Below are positions 28,082 to 37,200 of a stretch of DNA of 64,000 nucleotides, piece after piece. Both the position numbers and the translations under genes were made by a program. The notes under the pieces were generated by a model. It was not told the DNA's origin, did not search any database, and saw only the letters and a list, made by a program, of their open reading frames with translations. The stretch's first letter is position 1. Each line of letters starts with the position of its first letter. The DNA comes from Chloroflexota bacterium (GTDB lineage Bacteria > Chloroflexota > Anaerolineae > Aggregatilineales > UBA3940), in the NCBI GenBank assembly GCA_036679085.1, contig JAZIGM010000053.1:106869-170868 (forward strand), written 5' to 3'.

Positions 28082-29122
28082 ATGCAGTACGAAGCTGAAG
28101 TCCTGCCCGGCCTGAAGCGCTTTGCCACCGCCGAGCTTGAGCGCCGCTTTGGCGATCAGGTCACCATCCACCACAGCCGCAAAGAAGACACGCTGCCCTT
28201 CACCTACCGGGGCGACGCCTACGACCTGCTCGGGCTGCGCACCGTCGTTGCCGTCTATCGCCTGCTCCGCTTCGACATCCCCCGGCCCAGGGCGCTGCTG
28301 GGCCACGAGCACTTCCACCGACTCCTCGACGAGATCCACGAGATTGAGCGGCTACACCCGCCGCGCTCGTTCCGCACGTTCCGCTTCAGCGCCGCCGGCA
28401 AGGACTCCTCGGTGTTCCAGCGGCTCGGCGACGAGATCGCCGCGCATACCCGCATGGAGAACCAGCCCGACGACGCCGACCTGCTGATGCGGGTCCGCCC
28501 GACGCCGGGCGCGGAGCGCAGTTGGGATGTGCTGCTCCGGCTCTCGCCGCGCCCGCTCGCCACGCGGCACTGGCGCGTGTGCGACATGCCCGGCGCGCTG
28601 AACGCCACCATCGCGGCGGCGATGATCGACCTGACCAACCCACAGCCTGACGACTTCTTCTTCAACCCGATGTGCGGCTCCGGCACGCTGCTCATCGAGC
28701 GGCTGGCACGCGGCCCGGCGGACATCGTGGCGGGCTGCGACAACGACATCAACGCGCTGGCCTGCGCCAAACAGAACGTTCAGGAGGCGGCGCTCGGCCA
28801 CCGCATCGACCTGCTGGAGATGGACGCCACCAACCTGGTAGGCATCCCCGACGGCGTATGCACGGCCATCGTCGCCGACCTGCCCTGGGGGCAGCTTGTC
28901 GGCGACCAATCCCAGTTGGACTGGGTGTACCCGGCGGCGCTCGGCGAGTGGGCACGGGTGGCGCGGCCCGGCGCGCGCCTCGTGGTGATCACGCACATGA
29001 TCGAGCTGTTCGAGAGCCTGCTGGGGGATATCGCGCCGCTGTGGTCGCTGGTGGATGCGGTGAAGGTGTTTCAGGGCGGGCTGCACCCGCGCATCTACGC
29101 CTTCGTGCGCACAGAGCGGTGA
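28082..29122 (+). CDS. THUMP-domain class I SAM-dependent RNA (N2-G / N6-A type) methyltransferase
   Basis: 346 aa. N-terminal THUMP-like region, FNPMCGSGTLLIE motif I, ADLPWG catalytic (D/N)PPW-like motif. Confidence 0.8.
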   Translation: MQYEAEVLPGLKRFATAELERRFGDQVTIHHSRKEDTLPFTYRGDAYDLLGLRTVVAVYRLLRFDIPRPRALLGHEHFHRLLDEIHEIERLHPPRSFRTFRFSAAGKDSSVFQRLGDEIAAHTRMENQPDDADLLMRVRPTPGAERSWDVLLRLSPRPLATRHWRVCDMPGALNATIAAAMIDLTNPQPDDFFFNPMCGSGTLLIERLARGPADIVAGCDNDINALACAKQNVQEAALGHRIDLLEMDATNLVGIPDGVCTAIVADLPWGQLVGDQSQLDWVYPAALGEWARVARPGARLVVITHMIELFESLLGDIAPLWSLVDAVKVFQGGLHPRIYAFVRTER

Positions 29123-29221
29123 GGGGGTGGGGTTCGCAGGTGAAGCCATGTACAGTGCGGCGCACAAGCATTCTGCGCAGACGGGCTGAAAGCAGCGGCA
29201 AATTGAATGGAGAACCCAACC

Positions 29222-30010
29222 ATGACCGAGTTAGACAACCCGCAGATCGCCTCGTTCCTGTTCTACCCGCGCCGGGCGGAGCCGGGGTCACGCCGCGAGA
29301 ACGTGACCGACGGTACGATCCCTGTGGGCGATGGCATCGCGCTCGGCTACCGGCTCTACCGGGCCGCGCCCGCCGCGCCGCTCGTTCTGCTATTTCACGG
29401 TAACGGCGAGATCGCGCCCGACTACGACGGCATCGCGCCGCTCTACGACGAGATCGGTGTGTCGCTGCTCGTCGTGGACTACCGGGGCTACGGCTGGAGC
29501 ACCGGCGAGCCGCGCGTCAGCACCCTCCTGCCCGATGCGCTCGCCGTCCACGAGGCGCTGCCCCGCGTGCTGGAGGAAGGCGGCGTCGAGCCGGATGCGC
29601 CACGCTTTATTATGGGGCGCTCGCTCGGTAGCGCGCCCGCCATCCACCTCGCACACGAGGCGGGCGATACACACGCCGGGCTCATTATCGAGAGCGGCTT
29701 CTCCCGCGCGCTGGCGCTGCTTATCCACCTCGGGCTGCCCGCCGACCGGCTTCAGGGCCTGGCGGACCCCTTCGACAACCTCGGCAAGATGGGGCGCATC
29801 GACATGCCGCTGCTCGTGATTCACGGCGCGGCAGATCAACTCATCCCCGCCAGCAACGCCCGCGAACTGCACGAGGCCTCGCCCGCAAGCGATAAACGCC
29901 TGCTGATCATCGAGTACGCCGGGCACAACGACCTCATCTTCACCAACCCCGACCGCTACTTCGGCGCGATCAGTGCGTTCGTCACACGTGTAGGGACCGG
30001 GCTGGCGTAG
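29222..30010 (+). CDS. Alpha/beta hydrolase
   Basis: ATG 29222 has GGAGA 8 nt upstream (alternative ATG at 29207). LFHGNGE, GRSLGSA nucleophile elbow, HGAAD, GHND. Confidence 0.85.
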   Translation: MTELDNPQIASFLFYPRRAEPGSRRENVTDGTIPVGDGIALGYRLYRAAPAAPLVLLFHGNGEIAPDYDGIAPLYDEIGVSLLVVDYRGYGWSTGEPRVSTLLPDALAVHEALPRVLEEGGVEPDAPRFIMGRSLGSAPAIHLAHEAGDTHAGLIIESGFSRALALLIHLGLPADRLQGLADPFDNLGKMGRIDMPLLVIHGAADQLIPASNARELHEASPASDKRLLIIEYAGHNDLIFTNPDRYFGAISAFVTRVGTGLA

Positions 30011-30164
30011 CGGCCCGGCGGCGCCAATCTCCCATCCGGCCATCCGCATGCCGGGCTTCTTAGGATTCTTTTTACACGATTGATAGGACTTTTTTATCCC
30101 CGGCTCTCTACTATCGAGGGGTGAGGTGTAAAGTAAGCGGTGAGAGTATGGAGGAAGGGACACG

Positions 30165-30659
30165 ATGCAGCAGCTCATGGATTGGTACGTCGAAACACTG
30201 CTGGACATCTACGACGCCGAGCAGCAGCTTATGGACGCGCTGCCGAAGATGCACGATGCGGCGTCGAACTCGGAGCTGAAGGAGTACCTTCAGCAGCACC
30301 AGCAGACCACGCAGCGTCAGATCGAACGATTGGAGCGCCTGTTCGACAGCATCGGCGCAAAGCCCAACGGCAAGGTCTGCCATGGGATGAAGGGCATCAT
30401 CCAGGAGGCCGAGGAAGTCCTGAAGATGAAGGACGCGCAGAAGGATGTGCTCGACGCCGCGATCATCGCCGCTGTACAGAAGGGCGAGCACTACGAGATC
30501 GCTTCCTACGGCACGGCGCGCGCCTATGCTCAGCTTATGGATGACCCGGACGCGGCGACCGCCCTGCAAAAGACGCTGGACGAGGAAGACCGCTTCGACC
30601 AGGACCTGACCCGGCTGGCGATGGCAAGCATCAACCGCCAGGCCGAACAGCGCCGCTAG
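30165..30659 (+). CDS. Ferritin-like DUF892 (YciE/YciF family) protein
   Basis: 164 aa with [31 protein letters not shown]... and GHYEIASYGTARAYA are typical of the family. Confidence 0.85.
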   Translation: MQQLMDWYVETLLDIYDAEQQLMDALPKMHDAASNSELKEYLQQHQQTTQRQIERLERLFDSIGAKPNGKVCHGMKGIIQEAEEVLKMKDAQKDVLDAAIIAAVQKGEHYEIASYGTARAYAQLMDDPDAATALQKTLDEEDRFDQDLTRLAMASINRQAEQRR

Positions 30660-30786
30660 CACGTATGCGGCTGCCGGGGTGCGGCGTCGCCCGTGCCCCG
30701 GCATTTTTCCGCATAGACATCCCCGCCTGCTTCCTCTACAATTACGGGGTATTCAACCTCCCCACATCCAAGCGAGGACCAACCTG

Positions 30787-31416
30787 ATGACCCATTCCAC
30801 TCAGTTCCCGGACGGAGTCAGCGCCATTGTGACCGGCGGCGGGCGCGGCATTGGCGCGGCGCTCGCGCGGGCGCTTGGCGCGGCGGGCGTGCGTGTATGC
30901 GTCAATGACCTCAACCCCGACCGCGCCGAGCAGGTCGCGGCGGCGATCGTGGAGGCGGGCGGCGAGGCATTCGCCTGGCAGGGCGATGTCGCCAACAAGT
31001 TCCAGCTTGCCGGGATGATCGAAACCACGCGGGACCGCTACGGCAGCCACCTGCACCTGCTCGTCCATAACGCCCACGTCAGCCCGCGCCAGCCGGCCTT
31101 GAAGATGGACGAGTGGGACCTGCGGCGCACCGTCGAGGTCAACCTGATCGGCGCGTACCTGGCCGCACAGCTTGCTGCGCGGGTGATGGCCGACGAGGGC
31201 GGCGGGCTGATCGCCCTGCTGACCCGCGAGCCGGGCGAGGGCGGCGCGGCGTTCGCCGCCACGCAGGGGGCGCTCGGCGCGCTCGCCGCCGCGCTCGATG
31301 CCGAGGTGCGCGCTCAGGGCGTGCGGGTGCAGGCTGTGCCGGTCGGTACGGAGGCGGAAACCGTCGAGCGGGTGCTGGCGCTCGCCCGCGAGGCGATCGG
31401 CGGGCTGGCGGGCTGA
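30787..31416 (+). CDS. SDR-like protein lacking the catalytic Tyr and Lys
   Basis: Start at ATG 30787. VTGGGRGIGAALA cofactor motif is present, but the YxxxK position reads FAATQGAL and the Ser position reads T. Confidence 0.7.
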   Translation: MTHSTQFPDGVSAIVTGGGRGIGAALARALGAAGVRVCVNDLNPDRAEQVAAAIVEAGGEAFAWQGDVANKFQLAGMIETTRDRYGSHLHLLVHNAHVSPRQPALKMDEWDLRRTVEVNLIGAYLAAQLAARVMADEGGGLIALLTREPGEGGAAFAATQGALGALAAALDAEVRAQGVRVQAVPVGTEAETVERVLALAREAIGGLAG

Positions 31417-31470
31417 ACCTCACCCCATCGCCACTGCGTTGCGCCCCGTGGAGTTGGCTGCGCCGACTCC
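31417..31470. repeat. AACCTCACCCC ... GAGTTGGCTGCGCCGACTCC repeat
   Basis: Same modules as 21625-21658. Confidence 0.75.
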
Positions 31471-31603
31471 CCCCTCCCTGCGGCGTGGAGGGATGGGGGG
31501 TGGGGTTGAAAGCAGCGCACCACGCGAGCCCCTTTGCCCTCGATTCGGCACGATGCTATGCTATCATCAACGTGTGACCCACTACCATGAGGAAGGGACG
31601 CGC

Positions 31604-31936
31604 ATGGCAGACCATTTCGATTACCACTTCTTAATTCTGCCGCCGGAACTGCCGGGAGCCTGGTTCACGCAGGCCGCGCGCGAGTACTGGCTGAAGTTCC
31701 AGCCCATCGTTACTCAGGACACTGAACTCCTGTCCTTCATCCACCCCGACGCGACAATTGCCGTAACGGTTCTCGCAACCGAGCAGGCTGCGGAGAGAAT
31801 CAAGCGCCAGCTCAGGGCGCTGCGCCGGGATGTTCACCTTGACGTCATCATCGCCGAGGACCTGCCACGCCTTGAGTCCCGTCTGAACCAGCGCGCCGCC
31901 GCGGAACAGCGCTTTGGAACGGAGGAACGAGCATGA
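31604..31936 (+). CDS. 110-aa protein consisting of one copy of an unassigned ~100-aa domain (also at the C-terminus of the next gene)
   Basis: ATG 31604 behind GAGGAAGGG. 29 of 99 positions are identical (gapless hand alignment) to residues 713-811 of the next ORF; both end in RFG. ATGA overlap with the next gene. Confidence 0.7.
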   Translation: MADHFDYHFLILPPELPGAWFTQAAREYWLKFQPIVTQDTELLSFIHPDATIAVTVLATEQAAERIKRQLRALRRDVHLDVIIAEDLPRLESRLNQRAAAEQRFGTEERA

Positions 31937-34368
31937 ATCTGCAAGATTACGAGTGGTCCCACAACCCGCGCGGCCTGCAGAACAAAGGCCCGTTCCAATC
32001 CGTCGATCCGCGCCGCTACACCCGCCCGCAGGCCGGCTGGGCCGCGCTGGTCGTGGGCGGCGACGAATATGTGGACGAAGCCGCCGAGCTGGTCGAGAGC
32101 GGGGTGACGCCCATCGTGCGCATCCACCGCTCCAGCCCCGGCGCGATGCCCGTGCCCGACGACTGGTACGCCACGCTCCGGGAGTACCGCAGCGTGGGCG
32201 TGCGCTGGTTTGAGCTGTACAGCGAGCCTAACACCGAGGACTTCTGGCCGCAGCGCTCGGTCGAGGTGACGTGGGAGAACGGCGACGCGATCGGGCCGCT
32301 GATGGATAACTGGCTCGACTGGGCGGAGCGCATCATTGAGATGGGCGGCTACCCGGCCTTCCCGGCGCTCGCTGCCAGCGCCGACCGCGCCACGTCTACC
32401 GTGTACTGGCTCGATGCCATGCTGCGCTACCTCAAGGAGGTCCACGCCGACCGCTTCCTGCGAGTCGTTGGGCGCGGGCTGTGGGCCGCCACACACCCGC
32501 GCATCGGCAACCACTTCTATCAGGAGCCGCCGGGCGGCCCGCCGAACGTCGCCCGCCCCTACTACCAGCAGAGCGCAGACGAGGGCGGCTGGCACTTCGA
32601 GTACCCCTATGACCCGATCATGCAGCACCATGACCCGGGCCGGACGGTGTTCCGGGGCAGCGGCAGCGCCGCGCGCTTCGGCGATGTTGGCGGGCTGGTG
32701 GCGGCAGGCGAGGCGTTCATCCAGCTTTTGAAGCACCACCTCGACGCCGGGCCGGTGCCCGTCGTCGGTACGGCAGGCGGCATCCTGCCCATTCCGCAGA
32801 AGGACGGCAGCCCGCTCCAGCCAGACACAGCCTATCCGCCCTACAACATCGAATCGCACGCCGAGGCCGTCGTGGCGATGTGGAAGTGGATCGTGCGGCA
32901 GGGGCCGCCGTGGTTCTTTGGCATGTGCCTCAGCGATGAGAGCGCCTTCTACGAGGCGCAGGGCATCCTCCCGGCCATCGAGCGCATGGCCGATGACCCG
33001 CCGCTGCGCAAGCAGGTGCCGGGCATCGACACGGGCGGCATTTTCGAGCCGGAGCCTGAACCGGAAGATGAGTTCGTCGTGGATGGCGAGGCGACGCCCA
33101 TCGACGACGATGAAGAGCTGCCCGCCTGGCTCGCCGAGGCCCAGTATCGCGCCGATGCCGAGCAGGACGCAACAGGCCGCCGCGAGGCGAAAGAACCTGA
33201 CAGCGAGGACGAGCCGGAACCGTTCCAGACGAGCGGGTTTGACAACGAGGCCGGGGAGATGCCGTTCAGCGAGGCGGAGAACGGTGAGTACGCGCCCGAC
33301 CGCGACGAGGAGGGCGAAATCCCTGCCTGGCTGGCCGAGGAACTGCCGGAGGAGGAGCTTCAAGAGTTGCTGGGCGGCACCCCCGCCGATCAGCCGGGGG
33401 AGGAGTCGCTTGAGGAGTTGATCGCCATCGACACGCCGGAGGAGCCTCTCGAATCCTACCAGACGGACGCGGCATGGATGGCCTCCGAGATGGGCCGCCC
33501 CGAGTCCGAGGTCGAACCCGATTACGAAGACCTCACCGGGCAGACCGTGGACGCCTGGGAGGAGCCGGAGACGGCGAGTGCTGTGCCCGGCATCGAGGGA
33601 ATCAGCGACCTCCCGGAAGACATGCAGGAGGAGCTTGCCGACCTCACCGGCGCGGAGTACCCCGAAGAACTTGCGGAAATGACCGGGGAGGACGACTGGG
33701 AAGAGGACCTCGGCGGTGATCAGCCCGAACCGCTGCCGCCCGACCTGGAGGAAACCGAGGACGTTCTGCTCGAACCGCTTGGCGGCGCGGCCATCCCGCC
33801 CGAGATGGAGGACCGCGAGCCGTCCGGTGGTGAACTTCAGGGCGCGGCCATGTCCTGGGAGGGCGAGACGGAGCCGGGCGAGGACACCGACGATGAGATT
33901 GTAGACATGACCGGCGACTGGTCGGAGGAGGAGTTCAGCGATACGGCTCCCGCCAGCGATCAGCCCGCCGTCGAGATGGTCGCGCAGTCGGCGCCCGATG
34001 AGACGCCTGCAGAGGGCGAGCAGGCCGCCGGGCAGGCTCTCAGCGACGAGGCGTCCGCACAGGTTGCGCATCACTGGCTGGTGTTCGCACCCGGCGTGGA
34101 CCCCGGCTGGTTCTTCGATGTGGGCTGGCGCTACTGGCAGGAGTTCCGGCCCACCGTCACCGCCGACTGGCGGCAGATGGCGCTCATCCCGGCGGGGCGC
34201 AGCGTCGCGCTGACCATCCTCGCGCGGAGCGAGGATATCGATGAGGTGACGGCGCGCATCAAGGCCTTCCGCCCCGACGTGCTGATCGACCCGGTGGAGT
34301 GTGATACCCGCGAAGACCTGCACCGCGAGTTGGAATGGCGGGCTGTGCGCGGCAGGAGGTTCGGCTGA
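31933..34368 (+). CDS. 811-aa protein: N-terminal GH-A-like (beta/alpha)8 barrel, ~340-aa hyper-acidic linker, C-terminal unassigned domain
   Basis: High GC3. The N-terminal region ...TPIVRIH...VRWFELYSEPN...GGYPAFPALA... resembles clan GH-A glycosidase strands. The linker is D/E/P-rich. The C-terminal 99 aa are paralogous to the upstream ORF. Confidence 0.8.
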   Translation: MNLQDYEWSHNPRGLQNKGPFQSVDPRRYTRPQAGWAALVVGGDEYVDEAAELVESGVTPIVRIHRSSPGAMPVPDDWYATLREYRSVGVRWFELYSEPNTEDFWPQRSVEVTWENGDAIGPLMDNWLDWAERIIEMGGYPAFPALAASADRATSTVYWLDAMLRYLKEVHADRFLRVVGRGLWAATHPRIGNHFYQEPPGGPPNVARPYYQQSADEGGWHFEYPYDPIMQHHDPGRTVFRGSGSAARFGDVGGLVAAGEAFIQLLKHHLDAGPVPVVGTAGGILPIPQKDGSPLQPDTAYPPYNIESHAEAVVAMWKWIVRQGPPWFFGMCLSDESAFYEAQGILPAIERMADDPPLRKQVPGIDTGGIFEPEPEPEDEFVVDGEATPIDDDEELPAWLAEAQYRADAEQDATGRREAKEPDSEDEPEPFQTSGFDNEAGEMPFSEAENGEYAPDRDEEGEIPAWLAEELPEEELQELLGGTPADQPGEESLEELIAIDTPEEPLESYQTDAAWMASEMGRPESEVEPDYEDLTGQTVDAWEEPETASAVPGIEGISDLPEDMQEELADLTGAEYPEELAEMTGEDDWEEDLGGDQPEPLPPDLEETEDVLLEPLGGAAIPPEMEDREPSGGELQGAAMSWEGETEPGEDTDDEIVDMTGDWSEEEFSDTAPASDQPAVEMVAQSAPDETPAEGEQAAGQALSDEASAQVAHHWLVFAPGVDPGWFFDVGWRYWQEFRPTVTADWRQMALIPAGRSVALTILARSEDIDEVTARIKAFRPDVLIDPVECDTREDLHRELEWRAVRGRRFG

Positions 34369-34745
34369 TGGCAGGCGCGCACAGCAGCCTGATTCTGCAC
34401 ATCACCACGCGTGAGGCGTGGCAGGCGGCGACGGAGTCCGGCGAGTATCGGGCAGACTCGCTGGCAAGCCAGGGCTTCATCCACTTCTCGACGCCCACGC
34501 AGGTGGTCAAAGTGGCGAACGCCCTCTACGCCGACCGGGATGACCTTGTGCTGCTCGTTGTGGACGCGACGCAGGTAGCGGACAACCTGCGCTGGGAGCC
34601 ACCCGACGGCCCCGGCACACCGGGCGAGCAGTTCCCGCACCTGTACGCGCCGCTCGATGTGGCGGCGGTTGTCGCCGTTGTGGACTTCCCGCGCGGGGCG
34701 GACGGGTCTTTCACCCTGCCGGAGGCGGTCACGTCGCTGATGTGA
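34368..34745 (+). CDS. DUF952 family protein
   Basis: ATG overlaps the upstream stop (TGATG). ILHITTREAWQAA...GFIHFSTPTQV...LVLLVVD...FPHLYAPLD matches my memory of the DUF952 pattern. Confidence 0.8.
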   Translation: MAGAHSSLILHITTREAWQAATESGEYRADSLASQGFIHFSTPTQVVKVANALYADRDDLVLLVVDATQVADNLRWEPPDGPGTPGEQFPHLYAPLDVAAVVAVVDFPRGADGSFTLPEAVTSLM

Positions 34746-34834
34746 GGGTGAGGTTGTCGCCTCGCCCCACCCCGCGCTATGCTATCGAGGTCGGCCATCA
34801 GGCCGGCCTCGACGTGTAATAAGCATCAGGTCCC

Positions 34835-37195
34835 ATGACGCACATCCCCGCTTCCAACCGGTCAACCTACCGGCTCGCCCTGATGACGCTCGTGCTGCTC
34901 GCGGCCTTTGCGCTGCGCGTGCTCGCCCTGGGCGGCGACTCCGTCTGGTGGGACGAGGGCTTCTCGGTATGGATAGCCCGGCAGCCGCCTGGCGAGTTGT
35001 TCTACCAGACGGCGGTGGACGTGCATCCGCCGCTGTACTACCTGCTGCTGCGCGGCTGGCGGGCGCTTGCCGGGGAAGAGGAGGTTGCGCTGCGGCTGCT
35101 CTCCGCGCTGCTCGGTCTGCTCGCCGTCGCAGTGATCGACCGCGCCGGGCGGACCGCCGGCGGGGGGCGCGCGGGCATTTTCGCCGCCCTGCTGCTGGCT
35201 GCCTCACCGCTCGCGGTGCGCTGGTCGCAGGAGATCCGCATGCACGTGCTCGCGCTGCTGTTCGCGGCGCTCGTGCTGTGGGCCGCGCTGAAGCTCATTA
35301 CCGGAGCCCGGCGGCGCTGGCGCTGGGCGCTCGTGCTGGGGCTGGCGACAGCGGGCGGCCTGCTGACGTTCTACGTGTTTGCCGGGGTGGTCGCCATAGC
35401 CAACCTCGGCCTGCTGATCGCGGTCGCCACGCGGAAGCGGCGCGGGCGGCTGGCCGGGCCGTGGCTCGCCTCACAGGCAGGCGCGCTGGCGCTCGTGCTG
35501 CCCTGGCTGATTTACGCACGCGGGCAGATGATCGTCGAGGCCGCACAGCCCATCGCCGCCGACCTCGGCTTCATCACGCGGCTGTACCTGAGCGTCGTGC
35601 TGCTCGGCATCTCGGAGAACATCGAGCGGGCCGGTGTACTGCTTGTCGCCGCCGCCCTGATCTTCATTGCGGCGGCGATCTTTGCGTGGCGGTCGGCCCG
35701 CCGCGTGCAACTACGGGCAGCGTGGGCGCTGCTGGCGTTCGGCGCAGCGCTGCCGCCGGTGTTCATCTGGATACTGTTCTCGCTGCCCCGTGCCGAGCGC
35801 TTCGACAACCCGACGCCCTCCGCCCGCTACTTCCTGCTGTTCTCGCCTGCCGCCTACCTGCTGCTCGGCTGGGGGCTGGCCGCCCTGAGCCGCGCCCGGC
35901 AGCGCGCGGCGCGCCTGCTCGCGGTTGCCGCCCTCGCCGTGCCGCTGATTGCATCGGGCGTGCGGCTGGCGGGCTACTATCAGGGCCTTGACCTGCGAGA
36001 CGATGCCATCTCCGCTGCCGCCGCGCTCGCGGCGCTGCGCCAGCCCGGCGACGCCGTGGTGCTGAACAACGATCAGGACTGGCCGATCTTCGCCTACCAC
36101 TACCCTGGCGACTACACGCCCATCACCTACACGCAGACCATCCGCGACGACGCCTATGCCGCCAGCCTGCTCGAACCGCTGTCAAACGCGCAGGGCGTGT
36201 GGCTCGTGCAGACCCAGTACGCGCCCGTCACCGACCCGGACAACCGCCTTGCTAAGCTGCTCGCCGCCCGTGCCGAAGCGGTGCGCCGCTACGACTTCCC
36301 CGAGGCGCAGCTCTGGTTCTACGCGCTGACGGAGGAACGGGCCGCGCCGGGCACGCTCGACCGGGTGGCCGGGTGGCCGCCGGGCTTCGAGGCGATCAGC
36401 GCCCCGATTGCGGACGGCGTGCGGCTGGCAGGCTACGCCCTCCCGACGCGCACGCCTCGCGCGGGCGACCTGCTCACGGTCGGGCTGGGCTGGCACGTCG
36501 AGACACCGCTTGAGGGCAACCCCACCGTCGCGCTAAAGCTCATCGACCGGCACGGCGCGGAGATCGCCTCGGTGCTGGCCGAACTGCCTTCCGGCGCGGC
36601 AGGCGATCACTACCTGCCGGTGCGGCTGTTCGTGCCCGCCGACACGCTCCCCGGCCCGGCGGACCTCGTGTTCGTCGCCGGGGAGACGTGGCAGACGCTG
36701 GGCCGGGTGCGTCTGCGCCCCGCCCGCCCGGTCGAGGCCGTGAGCATCCCGCCCGGCGCGGTGGAACTCCACGTGCGCTTTGGCGAGCATATCACGCTGC
36801 TCGCGGCGGAACTGCCGCCGCAAACGGCGTTCGCACCCGGCGAGACGGTCCCCGTGACGCTGTACTGGCAGGCAGACGCGCCCATACCGGAGCGGTACAA
36901 GGTGTTCGTGCACGTGGTCGGTGAGACGCCCAACACGGAAACAAACAACTTTGTGTGGGGCCAGCAGGATCAGGAGCCGGGGGGCGGCACGCACCCGACC
37001 ACCGGCTGGCGGCCCGGACAGGTGATCGTGGATTCGTACGCCGTGCAGATCCGCGAGGATTCACCGCCCGGCGCGTACACGGTGCAGGTCGGGTTGTACC
37101 TGCCGCTCGACTGGCGACGGCTGCCTGCTACCGGCGCGGACGGCACGCCGCTCGGCGATGCGGTCACGCTGCTTGAGATCGCGGTGGGAGAGTGA
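34835..37195 (+). CDS. ArnT/PMT-like GT-C membrane glycosyltransferase with large C-terminal extracytoplasmic region
   Basis: 786 aa. WWDEGFSVWIA...VHPPLYYLLLRGW first-loop pattern, about 11 TM segments, then about 400 aa soluble. Confidence 0.8.
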   Translation: MTHIPASNRSTYRLALMTLVLLAAFALRVLALGGDSVWWDEGFSVWIARQPPGELFYQTAVDVHPPLYYLLLRGWRALAGEEEVALRLLSALLGLLAVAVIDRAGRTAGGGRAGIFAALLLAASPLAVRWSQEIRMHVLALLFAALVLWAALKLITGARRRWRWALVLGLATAGGLLTFYVFAGVVAIANLGLLIAVATRKRRGRLAGPWLASQAGALALVLPWLIYARGQMIVEAAQPIAADLGFITRLYLSVVLLGISENIERAGVLLVAAALIFIAAAIFAWRSARRVQLRAAWALLAFGAALPPVFIWILFSLPRAERFDNPTPSARYFLLFSPAAYLLLGWGLAALSRARQRAARLLAVAALAVPLIASGVRLAGYYQGLDLRDDAISAAAALAALRQPGDAVVLNNDQDWPIFAYHYPGDYTPITYTQTIRDDAYAASLLEPLSNAQGVWLVQTQYAPVTDPDNRLAKLLAARAEAVRRYDFPEAQLWFYALTEERAAPGTLDRVAGWPPGFEAISAPIADGVRLAGYALPTRTPRAGDLLTVGLGWHVETPLEGNPTVALKLIDRHGAEIASVLAELPSGAAGDHYLPVRLFVPADTLPGPADLVFVAGETWQTLGRVRLRPARPVEAVSIPPGAVELHVRFGEHITLLAAELPPQTAFAPGETVPVTLYWQADAPIPERYKVFVHVVGETPNTETNNFVWGQQDQEPGGGTHPTTGWRPGQVIVDSYAVQIREDSPPGAYTVQVGLYLPLDWRRLPATGADGTPLGDAVTLLEIAVGE

Positions 37196-37200
37196 GTGAG

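Noticed and set aside
31834-34323. 829-aa minus-strand ORF, the longest ORF in the window
   Set aside because: It is exactly antisense to the 811-aa plus-strand gene. It is Arg/Gly/Ala/Leu/His-rich with no motif. This is a typical stop-free antisense frame of high-GC coding DNA; the plus-strand frame has the saturated GC3 and recognisable domains.
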